NCBI GenBank assembly: GCA_963848305.1
Contig: CAWKDC010000001.1
Coordinates: forward strand, 320,001 to 384,000
Origin: an uncultured Gammaproteobacteria bacterium
GTDB taxonomy: Bacteria > Pseudomonadota > Gammaproteobacteria > JABCZS01
Direction of reading: 5' to 3'
Length of the DNA: 64,000 bases
The number at the start of each line of letters is the position of its first letter. The stretch's first letter is position 1. The notes under the pieces are model-generated. The model did no database searches. It was given only the letters and a program-made list of their open reading frames with translations, and was not told where the DNA came from. The position numbers were made by a program, and so were the translations under genes. This document shows, one piece after another, positions 21,407 to 31,951 of the stretch.

Positions 21407-23359
21407 ATGCAAATTAACTTACGAAGGATCGGAGCGCTCGGTTTGACATTCTCATGTCTACTCTCTGCGCAAGCTGCTGATGAAGCATCAATGATGTGTG
21501 CTGCGGGCATGCTAGGTTGCGGTGTCGCTTTTGAAACACCCATTGAACCCACGCCATCTCCTTTAACCACTACCACCACAGGCCAAACGACTTATACTAT
21601 CATCAACAACGATGATGTTAATGATGTAAACATTGTGCTCAGTCTCACCGAAGTGGATAACATCGGTGATGCCTTAGCGGTTCAATTTGATGGATCCGGC
21701 ACATGCCCCCTATCCGGCACCCTTGCTGCAGGCGATACTTGCACCATCGTGCTTGATTTTGCGCCCAACTTCCCTGGTGAACTGGATTGGACACTCACCG
21801 TCACCCCATCTGGTGAATATACCGCCCAACTTCCACTGGTGCTAACACTAGAAACAGACGTAACGGGTACGTACGTTCCTTATGCTGTCACAGGTGGATA
21901 TTACGAAGATAGCGACGAAAACTATTACCCTCTCCTGACATTGTCCACCGATGGCGGCAACGACTGGAGCTACGTCTTGGACGATACCACAACACCACTG
22001 CCATACCAATATGATATTACCAACCCTAATCAGAAAGGTATTTGGGCAAACAGCTGCTTTGGATCTTACTGTGTAGCGGGGGGTTACTACATCGACACTG
22101 ATGAAAATAGTTATCCTTTTGTAGCATCCACTGCAGGCGGTGTCAGCTGGTCTTATACTTTCGACAGCAGCAATCCGGCTTTGCCTTCAGACTATAACGC
22201 AGACTTTAATGGCAACTTTTATGACGCTAGCTGCTCAGGCAGCACTTGCATGCTGGGTGGGGAATATACGTCAACTGACAGCAACCAATATCCTTTAGCA
22301 ATCATCAGTAATGATGGTGGCGTAACCTGGGACTTGACGATCAGCAGTTCGCTCAATGCACCCTCCGATATCAATCTCTCTGAGGCGGATGCAGAGATCA
22401 CTGGCGCCAGTTGTACAGACTCCACGTCCTGTCTGGTAGCAGGGACATATCTTAATACCTCTGGTGGTAACTACCCTCTCCTTGCCTACAGCACCTACAG
22501 CGACGACACCTGGAACTGGACATACCCAGATATCAGCTCACAGATCCCGAGTGATATAAACGACTACCCGGGTCTGCGAATGAGTGACTTAAGCTGCATA
22601 GACGATACCTGTATCGTGGGGGGCACATATGGTCCACCTATCGTGTACATGAGCTTTGACGGTGGGGAAAGCTGGTCCCTGATGATCGACAGCAGCTCCC
22701 CATCGACAGTTGTACCATCTGATTGGGATTTTAGTTATGGTGGTAACGTTAACGGCGTCAGTTGCAGTGACACTGCGTGTGCGGCGGCTGGAAACTATAG
22801 CGATTCATCTTTCAATATATATCCCTATCTGGTCACAGCAGTTATCAGTGATGACTATCCTTGCACCAATGCCAGCAACTGCAACTGGGCGATTGCCATT
22901 GATTCGGCTAACCTCTATGGACTTGACTCGAAAGAGGGCGGTCTTGCAGGCGGAGGCAGCTTTGATGGTGTATCTTGCTCAGAAACAACCTGTGTGGCCA
23001 GCGGTTACTACTACAGCAGCACGGATGGACATCGCTACCCATTGGTAGCTACATTCACGCTCTCTGATAGCAGTGTCGCTTACAGCATTGATTACACCAC
23101 CATCAATGCAAATCCACCGACAGACTTTGGTTTTGCGAACCTTTACCAAACAAGTTGCACAGGGTCATTCTGTACCGCAGGAGGGAGTTACGCCAGTGAA
23201 TCTGTTGGTGGTGTTTTTTATCCCTTCTTGATCACGAGTCAAGATGCAGGTAATACATGGGCCTACACCATCGATGGCACAACGGAGACACTCCCTGTGA
23301 ATTTCGTCAGCGGACAATTCAATCCCGATGACATTGCGCCACCTACCGTGAAGAAGTAA
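21407..23359 (+). CDS. Secreted Cys-rich Ig-domain + beta-propeller protein, copy 4
   Basis: 650 aa; differs from copy 3 in protein only at GPP/GSP. Confidence 0.85.
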   Translation: MQINLRRIGALGLTFSCLLSAQAADEASMMCAAGMLGCGVAFETPIEPTPSPLTTTTTGQTTYTIINNDDVNDVNIVLSLTEVDNIGDALAVQFDGSGTCPLSGTLAAGDTCTIVLDFAPNFPGELDWTLTVTPSGEYTAQLPLVLTLETDVTGTYVPYAVTGGYYEDSDENYYPLLTLSTDGGNDWSYVLDDTTTPLPYQYDITNPNQKGIWANSCFGSYCVAGGYYIDTDENSYPFVASTAGGVSWSYTFDSSNPALPSDYNADFNGNFYDASCSGSTCMLGGEYTSTDSNQYPLAIISNDGGVTWDLTISSSLNAPSDINLSEADAEITGASCTDSTSCLVAGTYLNTSGGNYPLLAYSTYSDDTWNWTYPDISSQIPSDINDYPGLRMSDLSCIDDTCIVGGTYGPPIVYMSFDGGESWSLMIDSSSPSTVVPSDWDFSYGGNVNGVSCSDTACAAAGNYSDSSFNIYPYLVTAVISDDYPCTNASNCNWAIAIDSANLYGLDSKEGGLAGGGSFDGVSCSETTCVASGYYYSSTDGHRYPLVATFTLSDSSVAYSIDYTTINANPPTDFGFANLYQTSCTGSFCTAGGSYASESVGGVFYPFLITSQDAGNTWAYTIDGTTETLPVNFVSGQFNPDDIAPPTVKK

Positions 23360-23383
23360 ACTGTTTAAAATAGTTGTACCCAG

Positions 23384-23417
23384 AAAAGGGACTTGAATGA
23401 ATTCAAGTCCCTTTTTT
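23384..23417 (+). terminator. Intrinsic (likely bidirectional) terminator, copy 4 / hpt
   Basis: Same hairpin with A-tract and T-tract, between convergent genes. Confidence 0.85.
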
Positions 23418-23453
23418 GTTGTAGAAGGCTCTCATTGATACTCGTTCAAACTC

Positions 23454-24002
23454 CTACAATGAATAAATCCCTGGTGCATTTCGCCAATAATGTTGGCAGT
23501 CCATACCATAGCCGAATAAATAGACACCCGGCGCCCGGAGCGCAGCATAATCTGCCTTCTTAACGCCGAGTTTAGGCACATCTTTATCAACTAATACGGC
23601 CGTTTTAACGGATAAAGCACCATGCGCTTCACAATATTTGATGATTTCTGCGAGTGTCACCCCTTCATCCAGAATATCATCCATGATCAACACATGGCGA
23701 TCCTTGATCAAGGTTGTCGGTTGCGCGAGCCAATGGATGGCATCAGCGCCCTCCATTTTGCCGCGATAACGCGTGGCGTGCAAATAATCAACTTCGAGTG
23801 GTATATTTAACTTGGGAATTAATTGACCTGCAAACACAAAACCGCCCACCATGACCATCAAGCATAATGGGTTTTTGTCGGCATAATCCGTTACAATTCG
23901 CTTGGCAATTTTATTCAAGGCCTCATCCACTTGTGTCATGGTGTACAAACAGCTTGCCTTTTCAAAAATCTCTGGGGATTGCATGGGATTGTGTGCAGAC
24001 AT
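23454..24002 (-). CDS. hpt: Hypoxanthine-guanine phosphoribosyltransferase
   Basis: VLIMDDILDEGVTL PRPP-binding motif, FGYGMD; start MSAHNP with GAGG RBS. Confidence 0.9.
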   Translation of the reverse strand: MSAHNPMQSPEIFEKASCLYTMTQVDEALNKIAKRIVTDYADKNPLCLMVMVGGFVFAGQLIPKLNIPLEVDYLHATRYRGKMEGADAIHWLAQPTTLIKDRHVLIMDDILDEGVTLAEIIKYCEAHGALSVKTAVLVDKDVPKLGVKKADYAALRAPGVYLFGYGMDCQHYWRNAPGIYSL

Positions 24003-24021
24003 AGGGACCTCTTGATGATGT

Positions 24022-24423
24022 TTAAGAACGTAGTAGATCGCGGAGCGATGATGGGACTTCAACCGGTTTTTGCTTCGTGGAATCGTAACACACCAGCTTT
24101 CCCTCTGCTTCAGCATACAGGGTCTGCCCATCTTCTGACAGTAGATGACAGACGATGGTAAAGCTGGTATAGCCAACTTGGCTGACAAAATGCTTAATGA
24201 GCACATTGCCGGGATATAAAATCGGCTTTTTAAATGAACACTGAGTGTATACTAACACAAATTGCAGATCGCCCGATGGCTTGATAATGTGGGACAGCAC
24301 TTGTGCGCGGCTCTCGGTCATATACTCAAAAAAACGGCTATTGTTGACATGGCTGTAAGTATCCAGATCCCCCCAGCGCACTGGAATCACGCATTCACCG
24401 ATATATCGCATCGAATCTGTCAT
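24022..24423 (-). CDS. Acyl-CoA thioesterase (4HBT/YbgC-like hotdog fold)
   Basis: VRWGDLDTYSHVNN motif. Confidence 0.88.
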   Translation of the reverse strand: MTDSMRYIGECVIPVRWGDLDTYSHVNNSRFFEYMTESRAQVLSHIIKPSGDLQFVLVYTQCSFKKPILYPGNVLIKHFVSQVGYTSFTIVCHLLSEDGQTLYAEAEGKLVCYDSTKQKPVEVPSSLRDLLRS

Positions 24424-24957
24424 TTATAAAAATCCTAATTGTAGTTTAGCAGCTTCTGACATCAACCCTTGATTCCAGGGTGGGTCAAACACCAATTCTA
24501 CATCAACATTTTTCACTTGGGGAATTTTTAGCAAACGTGAACGAACGTCATTGACCAATACGGGCCCCATACCACAACCAGCCGCTGTCAGTGTCATCTC
24601 AATCGCAATATTACCTGCTGCTGGGTCTACGTCGACTTTATAAATCAAACCCAACTCAACAATGTTAACTGGGATTTCCGGATCATAACAGGTGGCGAGC
24701 ACTTCCCAAACAGCTTCATCTGTCAATTCTTCAGGGATAACAAAGGAGTTTGTTGATTGAAGATCAACATCCAACCCCAATGCATCGGCATCTTTTGCGT
24801 CTAGTCGGGCTAAATTACCCTGAACAGAAATAGTATAGGTTCCACCAATCGCTTGCGTGATCATCACCTGTTCGCCCTTACGGAGCGTGACAGGAACGCC
24901 ATTGGGAATCAATAAGGCATCACAATCTCTGACGACTGATAATACTGTTCCTTCCAT
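24424..24957 (-). CDS. sufT: Fe-S assembly protein SufT (DUF59/PaaD-like)
   Basis: YDPEIPVNIVELGL, MTLTAAGCGMG, VFDPPW. Confidence 0.92.
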   Translation of the reverse strand: MEGTVLSVVRDCDALLIPNGVPVTLRKGEQVMITQAIGGTYTISVQGNLARLDAKDADALGLDVDLQSTNSFVIPEELTDEAVWEVLATCYDPEIPVNIVELGLIYKVDVDPAAGNIAIEMTLTAAGCGMGPVLVNDVRSRLLKIPQVKNVDVELVFDPPWNQGLMSEAAKLQLGFL

Positions 24958-24964
24958 ACTTCAC

Positions 24965-25411
24965 CTACTCAGTTGTTGCCACGGACTCAGAATGATCAAG
25001 CGCATGTGCCAACGTATGCCAAGCCAATGTGGCACATTTCACACGCGCAGGATACGCCTGAACGCCAGCTAAAATATGAAGTTTACCAAGATGCTCATCC
25101 AGCTCTACCTTATCAACAGTAAGCATTTGATGAAACGATTGAAATATCGCTCTGGCTTCTTCAATGGTTTTACCCCTGATCACTTCCGTCATCAATGATG
25201 CCGATGCCGTGGATATGGCGCAGCCATCGCCTGAAAATGTGGCTGATTCAATCAATTCATTATTTAATTTGACATAAACAGTAATATTATCGCCACACAA
25301 AGGATTCTTGCCATACGCTTGACATGAAGGGTTTTCCATCACAGACTTATTGCGAGGACGACGCCCATGATCAATGATCACTTCTTGATATAAATCGTTG
25401 ACATCTATCAT
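24965..25411 (-). CDS. sufU: SUF system NifU-like scaffold/sulfur acceptor
   Basis: LYQEVIIDH, NPLCGD, GCAIS, RVKCATLAW; start trimmed to MIDVND. Confidence 0.92.
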   Translation of the reverse strand: MIDVNDLYQEVIIDHGRRPRNKSVMENPSCQAYGKNPLCGDNITVYVKLNNELIESATFSGDGCAISTASASLMTEVIRGKTIEEARAIFQSFHQMLTVDKVELDEHLGKLHILAGVQAYPARVKCATLAWHTLAHALDHSESVATTE

Positions 25412-26619
25412 GCGAACACTCCCCTGACATTTTGCAAAGCATTGAGCAAGGCATCTACATCTTCTTTTGTATTGTAAATGCCAGCTGAAACACGGGTGGT
25501 TGCGGACACACCGAATCGGTTCATGAGCGGCATGGCGCAATGATGTCCCGCACGCACAGCAATGCCTTGACGATCTAAAATGGTCGCAACATCATGGGCG
25601 TGAATATTGTCCATGGTGAACGAGGCAATGGGTGCGCGATCATGGTATTCCCCAATTATGTGAACATCTTTTAAATCACTTAATGATCGAAACAAATAAT
25701 CAGAGAGTATTTTTTCATGTGCTTGAATTTTTTCCATACCAACAGATTGAATGAAATCAATGGCAGCTCCTAACCCAACCACCGAAGCAATGGGTGGAGT
25801 GCCTGCTTCAAATTTATTAGGCAATGCTGCATAAGTTGTTTTGTCAAATGTGACCTCATTGATCATAGAACCGCCGCCTCTATAAGGTGGCATCGCAATC
25901 AAATGTTCCTTCTTGCCATACAATATGCCAACACCTGTAGGCCCATACATTTTATGTGCTGAGAAAACCATAAAATCGCAATCAAGTGCCTGAACGTCAA
26001 TCATTTCGTGCGCGATAGATTGTGCCGCATCGATGATCACTTTGGCGCCATGCCGATGAGACAATTGGATAATGTCGTGAATAGGATTGACAATACCTAA
26101 GACATTTGAGATATGCGACACACTGACAATTTTTGTCTTATCAGACAACAATGATTTAAAATGATCCATATCGAGCAATCCGTTATCCAGCACTTTAACC
26201 ACATTGATAGTAATATTTTTTCGATCTCTCAGCATTTGCCAAGGGACAATATTGGCATGATGCTCTACTTCAGTTAATATGATTTCATCATTCTTATTAA
26301 GAGATTCACCGATGGAGTGAGCCAATAAGTTAATGCCATCCGTTGTGCCGTATGTGAAAATAATGTCTTCGATATTTTTCGCATGAATGAAGGATTTAAC
26401 TTTTTGCCTGGTTGAATCATACAGCTTATCTGCGCGCTGGCTTAATGCATGTACGCCGCGATTAACATTTGAATTATCGTGCTCGTAATAATGCTGCATC
26501 GCATCAATAACAGACTGTGGCTTCTGTGACGTTGCGCCACTGTCCAAGTAAACGATAGGTTTTCCGTAGACTGACTGCCTCAAAGCGGGAAACTGATCTT
26601 TAATATTCAGATTATCCAT
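25408..26619 (-). CDS. sufS: Cysteine desulfurase
   Basis: YLDSGATSQKP, EHHANIVPW, SAHKMYGP, RAGHHCA. Confidence 0.95.
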   Translation of the reverse strand: MDNLNIKDQFPALRQSVYGKPIVYLDSGATSQKPQSVIDAMQHYYEHDNSNVNRGVHALSQRADKLYDSTRQKVKSFIHAKNIEDIIFTYGTTDGINLLAHSIGESLNKNDEIILTEVEHHANIVPWQMLRDRKNITINVVKVLDNGLLDMDHFKSLLSDKTKIVSVSHISNVLGIVNPIHDIIQLSHRHGAKVIIDAAQSIAHEMIDVQALDCDFMVFSAHKMYGPTGVGILYGKKEHLIAMPPYRGGGSMINEVTFDKTTYAALPNKFEAGTPPIASVVGLGAAIDFIQSVGMEKIQAHEKILSDYLFRSLSDLKDVHIIGEYHDRAPIASFTMDNIHAHDVATILDRQGIAVRAGHHCAMPLMNRFGVSATTRVSAGIYNTKEDVDALLNALQNVRGVFA

Positions 26620-27829
26620 TCCGCCCCCTGATCAGATCTTGCATGTAATCTTTAACCTGAGGATCTTTTATTTTCTCCAACAAACTCACCACATGAGCAA
26701 GCTCAAGCATGGATTGCGCTTGTGATTCTTCAATACCCCGAGAGACCAGATAAAACAACGCGTCACGATTTAATGAACCAACAGTCGCGCCGTGACGACA
26801 TTGTACATCATCGCAATCAATTTCCAGCTCGGGTTTTGCATCTATACGTGCTCGTCTTGATAAGAGCAATCCATGATGGGATTGTTCCGATAATGAATGA
26901 TGAGAATGCCTCGGAACCCTTACGCGGGCATTAAACACAGCTCTTGCGTCTCCATCAACACAGCCTTTCACATGTTGCTCTGATCTGCAATGTGGACTGA
27001 TATGATCAGCATTTAAATGATAATCGACGTGCTGTTGACCATCAACATGGTATATGCCGCATACTTGAGATTCCGCTTGAGTTCCTTGATAGCATATGTC
27101 TACATCCATGCGAGCCAACTTCGCCCCCAATGACATAGAATGAACATTCAAAACAGCATGATCAGACAGGAAAGCAGATAATCGCTCAATGTGAAATGCT
27201 GCTCGAGAATGTGTCTGAAGATGGTAAATATTGACCTCTGATGATTCTCCCGAATCTATATGCATGTCATTATTAGACAAATAAGAGCATTCAGTTTGCC
27301 CAACAAAGCGACAGATGAAATTAACTTTCGATTGCTTGCCTATGCTGAGATTCAGACGCATATGCGTCGCACAATCTTTTGCAATATCCGTGAAGAGAAA
27401 AACACAATCAATAGGTTTGTCAATCGAGATATTATCGACAACAGCTATGCGCAAACTTTCCGCACTGGCCGCAGCACTCATCAATGAAAAGGCATGAGAA
27501 GGTACTGACTGAAGCGACATATTTTCAACGCTAACACCCTCAGGCAATCGGCTGATGGCTCGCATAAAATATCCATTCACAAACACACATTGACCAGCTG
27601 TCTCGAAGGGCAATGCGGGAACAACGGAATCATCAGCTGATGACTTCTCAGCCGTTAGAAATAGAAACTGATCAAGTTCACGCAATGAAGTATATTTCCA
27701 CTGTTCATGCTTTATCGTTGGCAATCCTGACGCATGAAATTGCTCAAACGCAGATTGACGCATTGAGGCTGACTCAGGGAATACAGCACATTGTGTTAGA
27801 ACTTGTTGTCTGATCCGATCAATGATCAT
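26612..27829 (-). CDS. sufD: Fe-S assembly protein SufD
   Basis: E-x-WKYT, KPELEI-x-x-DDV-x-C-x-HGATVG, LFYL-x-SRGI. Confidence 0.92.
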   Translation of the reverse strand: MIIDRIRQQVLTQCAVFPESASMRQSAFEQFHASGLPTIKHEQWKYTSLRELDQFLFLTAEKSSADDSVVPALPFETAGQCVFVNGYFMRAISRLPEGVSVENMSLQSVPSHAFSLMSAAASAESLRIAVVDNISIDKPIDCVFLFTDIAKDCATHMRLNLSIGKQSKVNFICRFVGQTECSYLSNNDMHIDSGESSEVNIYHLQTHSRAAFHIERLSAFLSDHAVLNVHSMSLGAKLARMDVDICYQGTQAESQVCGIYHVDGQQHVDYHLNADHISPHCRSEQHVKGCVDGDARAVFNARVRVPRHSHHSLSEQSHHGLLLSRRARIDAKPELEIDCDDVQCRHGATVGSLNRDALFYLVSRGIEESQAQSMLELAHVVSLLEKIKDPQVKDYMQDLIRGRNG

Positions 27830-28583
27830 ACGCGCTCCGCTTGTTCTTGTTCAATCCAGGCATAGCCTGTCTTTTCGAGCTCCAAAGCCAATGATTTGTC
27901 CCCGGATTTAATGATCTTGCCATCTGAAAAAACGTGAATATAATCAGGCACAATATGATTCAATAAACGCTGATAATGCGTAACCAATAAAAATGAATGA
28001 GATGCATCCCTCATGAGATTCACACCCTTTGCCACCGATTGCAATGCATCAATATCTAATCCAGAATCAATTTCATCTAAAATTGACAACGCAGGATCTA
28101 AAACAAGCATTTGCAGAATTTCATTTCTTTTCTTTTCTCCACCCGAAAATCCTTCATTCACATTTCGGTACAACAAGGCTTCCGGCATATCCAATTGTTT
28201 CAGCTTTGCTTTAACATTTTTCAAAAAATCAATTGCATCCATCTCTGGCAAACCCAATGCCTTTCGCTTTGTATTGAGTGCCGCTTTCATAAAATTCACA
28301 TTGCTCACGCCGGGGATTTCCACAGGATATTGCATGGCTAAAAATATGCCTTTCTGAGCTCGCTCGTTCGGCGGCAATAAATGAATAGGCTCACCGTTCA
28401 GCCAAATCTCACCTTCCGTTAATTCGTAACCGGGACGCCCGGCAAGAATATTTGAAAACGTAGATTTACCTGAACCATTTGGCCCATGATTGCATGCACT
28501 TCTCCCGTATGAATGGTCAAGTCAAAACCTTTCAGAATGGCCTTTCCTTGAATAGATGCATGTAAATTTTTAACGACCAGCAT
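27826..28583 (-). CDS. sufC: Fe-S assembly ATPase SufC; apparent -1 frameshift at ~28483 in Walker A
   Basis: MLVVKNLHASIQGKAILKGFDLTIHTGEVHAIMG then PNGSGKST in the shifted frame; GFSGGEKKRNEILQ. Confidence 0.92.
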
Positions 28584-28602
28584 TTTAACTCCCACTGTTT
28601 AA

Positions 28603-30033
28603 TTAACCCACGGAACCTTCCAAACTGACTTCGAGCAATTTTCTTGCTTCAACAGCAAATTCCATGGGAAGTTCTTTGAATACTTCTTTGCAAAATCCAT
28701 TCACAATCATGGAAACTGCATTTTCCTGATCTAAACCTCGACTCATACAATAAAACAATTGATCATCACTGATCCGCGTTGTTGCAGCCTCATGACCTAA
28801 TTCTGCAGTTTGATTAGACACTTCGGTATAAGGAAATGTATAAGCACCACATTGATCACCAATTAAAAGGGAATCACATTGCGTAAAGTTTTTTGCATTT
28901 TCAGCTGTCGGCGCAATACGGACCAATCCACGATAACTGTTTTTCCCTCGACCTGCTGAAATACCTTTTGATACAATTGTACTTGTCGTGTTTTTACCGA
29001 GATGAATCATTTTTGTGCCAGTATCTGCTTGTTGCGCATGGTTAGCCAACGCAACAGAATAGAATTCACCGACACTGGATTCTCCTCGCAATATACAGCT
29101 TGGATATTTCCATGTAATGGCTGATCCTGTTTCAATTTGTGTCCAAGCAATTTTTGAACGTGCACCTCGACAGTCGCCACGTTTTGTGACGAAATTGTAA
29201 ATACCGCCCTTTCCTTCTTTATCACCTGGATACCAATTTTGCACAGTTGAATATTTTATTTGAGCATCTGTCATGGCAACCAATTCAACGACTGCTGCAT
29301 GAAGCTGATTCTCATCCCGCATCGGTGCCGTGCACCCTTCCAAATAGCTGACATAGCTACCTTCTTCAGCGATGATCAAAGTTCTTTCAAATTGTCCTGT
29401 TTTGGCGGCATTGATCCTGAAATAAGTTGACAATTCCATGGGGCATCGAACGCCTTTGGGAATATAAACAAATGAACCATCACTGAAGACTGCCGAATTC
29501 AGTGCTGCGTAGTAATTATCAGCATATGGAACGACAGTACCCAAATATTGCTGGATAAGCTCAGGGTGTGTTTCAAGCGCTTCTGAAAATGGGCAAAAAA
29601 TCACGCCGTGTGCTTTTAATTTTTCTTTGAAAGTGGTTGCAACAGATACACTATCGAACACAGCATCTACAGCCACATTTGCTAACATTTCTTGTTCGCG
29701 TAATGGGATACCTAATTTTTCATAGGTGCGCAATAATTCTGGATCGACTTCAGATAAACTTTTCGGACGATTTTCATTGGATTTTGGCGCTGAATAATAG
29801 CTGATTTCTTGAAAATCAATTGGCTGATAATTCACATTGGGCCATTTGGGTTCTGTCATGGTTAGCCAATGCGCATAGGCTTTCAATCGCCATGCCAACA
29901 TAAACTCTGGTTCATTTTTTTTCTTTGAAATAGCGCGGATCACCTCTTCATTCAGCCCAGGTGGCAAGCTGTCGGAAGCAATGTCGGTCACAAAACCATG
30001 CTGGTATTCTTGTGTGGTGAATGCTTCAATCAT
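28603..30033 (-). CDS. sufB: Fe-S assembly protein SufB
   Basis: [34 protein letters not shown]. Confidence 0.96.
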   Translation of the reverse strand: MIEAFTTQEYQHGFVTDIASDSLPPGLNEEVIRAISKKKNEPEFMLAWRLKAYAHWLTMTEPKWPNVNYQPIDFQEISYYSAPKSNENRPKSLSEVDPELLRTYEKLGIPLREQEMLANVAVDAVFDSVSVATTFKEKLKAHGVIFCPFSEALETHPELIQQYLGTVVPYADNYYAALNSAVFSDGSFVYIPKGVRCPMELSTYFRINAAKTGQFERTLIIAEEGSYVSYLEGCTAPMRDENQLHAAVVELVAMTDAQIKYSTVQNWYPGDKEGKGGIYNFVTKRGDCRGARSKIAWTQIETGSAITWKYPSCILRGESSVGEFYSVALANHAQQADTGTKMIHLGKNTTSTIVSKGISAGRGKNSYRGLVRIAPTAENAKNFTQCDSLLIGDQCGAYTFPYTEVSNQTAELGHEAATTRISDDQLFYCMSRGLDQENAVSMIVNGFCKEVFKELPMEFAVEARKLLEVSLEGSVG

Positions 30034-30505
30034 GATACGGCGCCTCTTCGCAAGCTGTTGAGTATATCGGCTGGTCGAATAATAAAAGGGTTGTTTTCTG
30101 GGGATACCAGTAAATCTGCCAACGTGACCTCACTCAAGGCAGCCATCACCACATCGTTAATGCGCTGCCAATGCCCCTGCACCTGGCAATCATGGGCCTG
30201 AGTACAGTTATGGCCCCGCATGGCACATTCCGTCAGGCCACAGGGCCTTCCATTGCAACCAGGATATCTGCCAGGGAAATGCCTGTCGGATCTTTCAATA
30301 ATCGGTAGCCGCCTTCTGCCCCGCGGGTGGCGAGCACAATATGGCGTGCTGAAAGCATTTTTAAAATCTTGCTCGTGGTCGCCTGGCCGATTTTCATGAT
30401 ATCTGACAATGACTTAGCGCTGAAAACCTGTTCAGGTGCGCCCGCCATGTGAGTTAATAATTGTGTAGAATAATCGGTTAATCGTGTGATTCGAAGCATA
30501 AACAT
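30030..30505 (-). CDS. Rrf2-family SUF system regulator (IscR-like); apparent frameshift at ~30236
   Basis: [23 protein letters not shown][L]TECA..C..C; two ORFs join with one base. Confidence 0.85.
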
Positions 30506-30528
30506 CTCATAGGTAACAACCAGGCCCT

Positions 30529-30557
30529 ATATTAGTACTAATTCAGTACAGAATCAA
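30529..30557 (-). promoter_or_regulatory. suf promoter with palindromic operator in the spacer
   Basis: TTGATT-17nt-TAATAT; GTACT-N5-AGTAC at 30535..30549. Confidence 0.65.
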
Positions 30558-30621
30558 GCCCCCTAGCGCAAGTTTAAAAAACCTGATAGTCTATCTGCGG
30601 TTATCCATTTTTGAACAGGGA

Positions 30622-31947
30622 GTGTTTCATATGATCTACTATCGTACCCCATCTCGCCTCGCCACCCTATGGGCTGCAGGCACCCTTCTCGCTTTCTCAC
30701 AAACCGCTCTTTCTTCTGGTTTTATGCTCCACGAGCAAAATGCATCGGGGCTGGGTGAATTTTATGCTGGCGCAGGAGCCATTGCTGAAGATGCCAGCAC
30801 GAACTACTACAACCCAGCGGGTTTAACATTATTACCGGGCACGCAAATTGTGGTCAGTGGTGTTTGGGTTAATACCAACTTTAACTTTGATGGAACCGTC
30901 ACAACAGGTCCATACGAGGCTTCTGGCAAAGCAGAAGGCGGGACAGGTCGTACCATACCGGCCATCCATATTTCTCATCAATTCAATGATAAAATAGCGG
31001 CCGGGATCAGTTTCACGGTTCCTTTTGGCCTGGCCACACACTATCCTGAAGATTCTATTGTGCGTTATCAAGCCATTTTGTCTGATCTGAAAACCTACAA
31101 CATCGGGCCTAGCCTTGCCTATCGTGTGGTGCCCTGGTTGTCATTAGGTGTTGGCTTTGATGCTGAGTATGCGACAGTGGATATTACTACTGCTACCAAT
31201 TACCACGTAGGCTATATCCCTAACACTGAGACAGACGCCTTTTCAGAAAACACAGCAAACTCCTGGGCCTGGGGTTGGCATGCCGGTGCATTGGCCATCA
31301 TTGACGAGAAATCACGTGTCGGTCTTAACTTCCGTTCGCATTTTGACCATGATTTCGAAGGCGATAGCATTTACACAGATCCTACCTATGGCCAAGCCAG
31401 CAGTGATGTCAGCGGTAACATTAATTTCCCCTGGATGATTGATTTGGCGGGTGTACATGTATTTGATGATAAGTGGACTGTCTTGGGCACGGTGAGCTAC
31501 ATTCACTGGTCAACTGTATCTCAACTGGAACTGGAAAATGTGTCGGTGGTTTTGCCGATTGCTGAACCGCCTGTCCATGTCACTGGTACCAGTGTTGATG
31601 AATTAAACTTCAAAAACAGTTGGGGCGCCTTTGCAGGGTTACGGTATCAAATCAACCCCACGGTGATGGTGAAAGTCGGTGGAGGGTTTGATCAATCTCC
31701 CACTGTCGATGCAGACAGAGATCTACGCTTACCAGATTCCAATCGTTGGATCGCAAGTACAGGTATTCGCGTGATGCCGCAGCAAATCAAATGGCTCAGC
31801 GCCGACCTAGCGTACGCGCATATTTGGGCAGTCAATGCACCGATTGACAAGGATCTTTCTTCAGAAACCAATCCAGTCAATACCGCCATTGGCAATGTGA
31901 CCACACATGCGGACTTGGTGGGTGTGCAGCTCACTGTGAAGATCTAA
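30622..31947 (+). CDS. fadL: Long-chain fatty acid outer-membrane transporter (FadL/OmpP1)
   Basis: GF-x-L-x-EQ-x-ASGLG..AG..A..EDAS..YNPAG, PFGL-x-T-x-Y, LPDS-x-R. Confidence 0.9.
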   Translation: MFHMIYYRTPSRLATLWAAGTLLAFSQTALSSGFMLHEQNASGLGEFYAGAGAIAEDASTNYYNPAGLTLLPGTQIVVSGVWVNTNFNFDGTVTTGPYEASGKAEGGTGRTIPAIHISHQFNDKIAAGISFTVPFGLATHYPEDSIVRYQAILSDLKTYNIGPSLAYRVVPWLSLGVGFDAEYATVDITTATNYHVGYIPNTETDAFSENTANSWAWGWHAGALAIIDEKSRVGLNFRSHFDHDFEGDSIYTDPTYGQASSDVSGNINFPWMIDLAGVHVFDDKWTVLGTVSYIHWSTVSQLELENVSVVLPIAEPPVHVTGTSVDELNFKNSWGAFAGLRYQINPTVMVKVGGGFDQSPTVDADRDLRLPDSNRWIASTGIRVMPQQIKWLSADLAYAHIWAVNAPIDKDLSSETNPVNTAIGNVTTHADLVGVQLTVKI

Positions 31948-31951
31948 AGGG

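Larger units (their letters stand above)
15023..23417 (+). repeat. Tandem array of four ~2.1-kb gene units (start-to-start 2110, 2120, 2123 nt)
   Basis: Starts at 15054, 17164, 19284, 21407; copies 2-4 nearly identical including intergenic DNA. Confidence 0.95.

Noticed and set aside
18388-22635. Copy 4 as a recombinant mosaic of copies 2 and 3
   Set aside because: The only supporting site (GGTCC vs GGCTC) is in the error-prone GGNCC motif and is probably a miscall
15054-23359. Diversity-generating retroelement target/template pairs
   Set aside because: Differences between copies are not adenine-specific and no reverse transcriptase is in the window
5950-23417. CRISPR array or integron cassette array
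   Set aside because: Repeats are long and coding or whole-gene; no short repeat-spacer pattern, attC-type sites, cas or integrase genes
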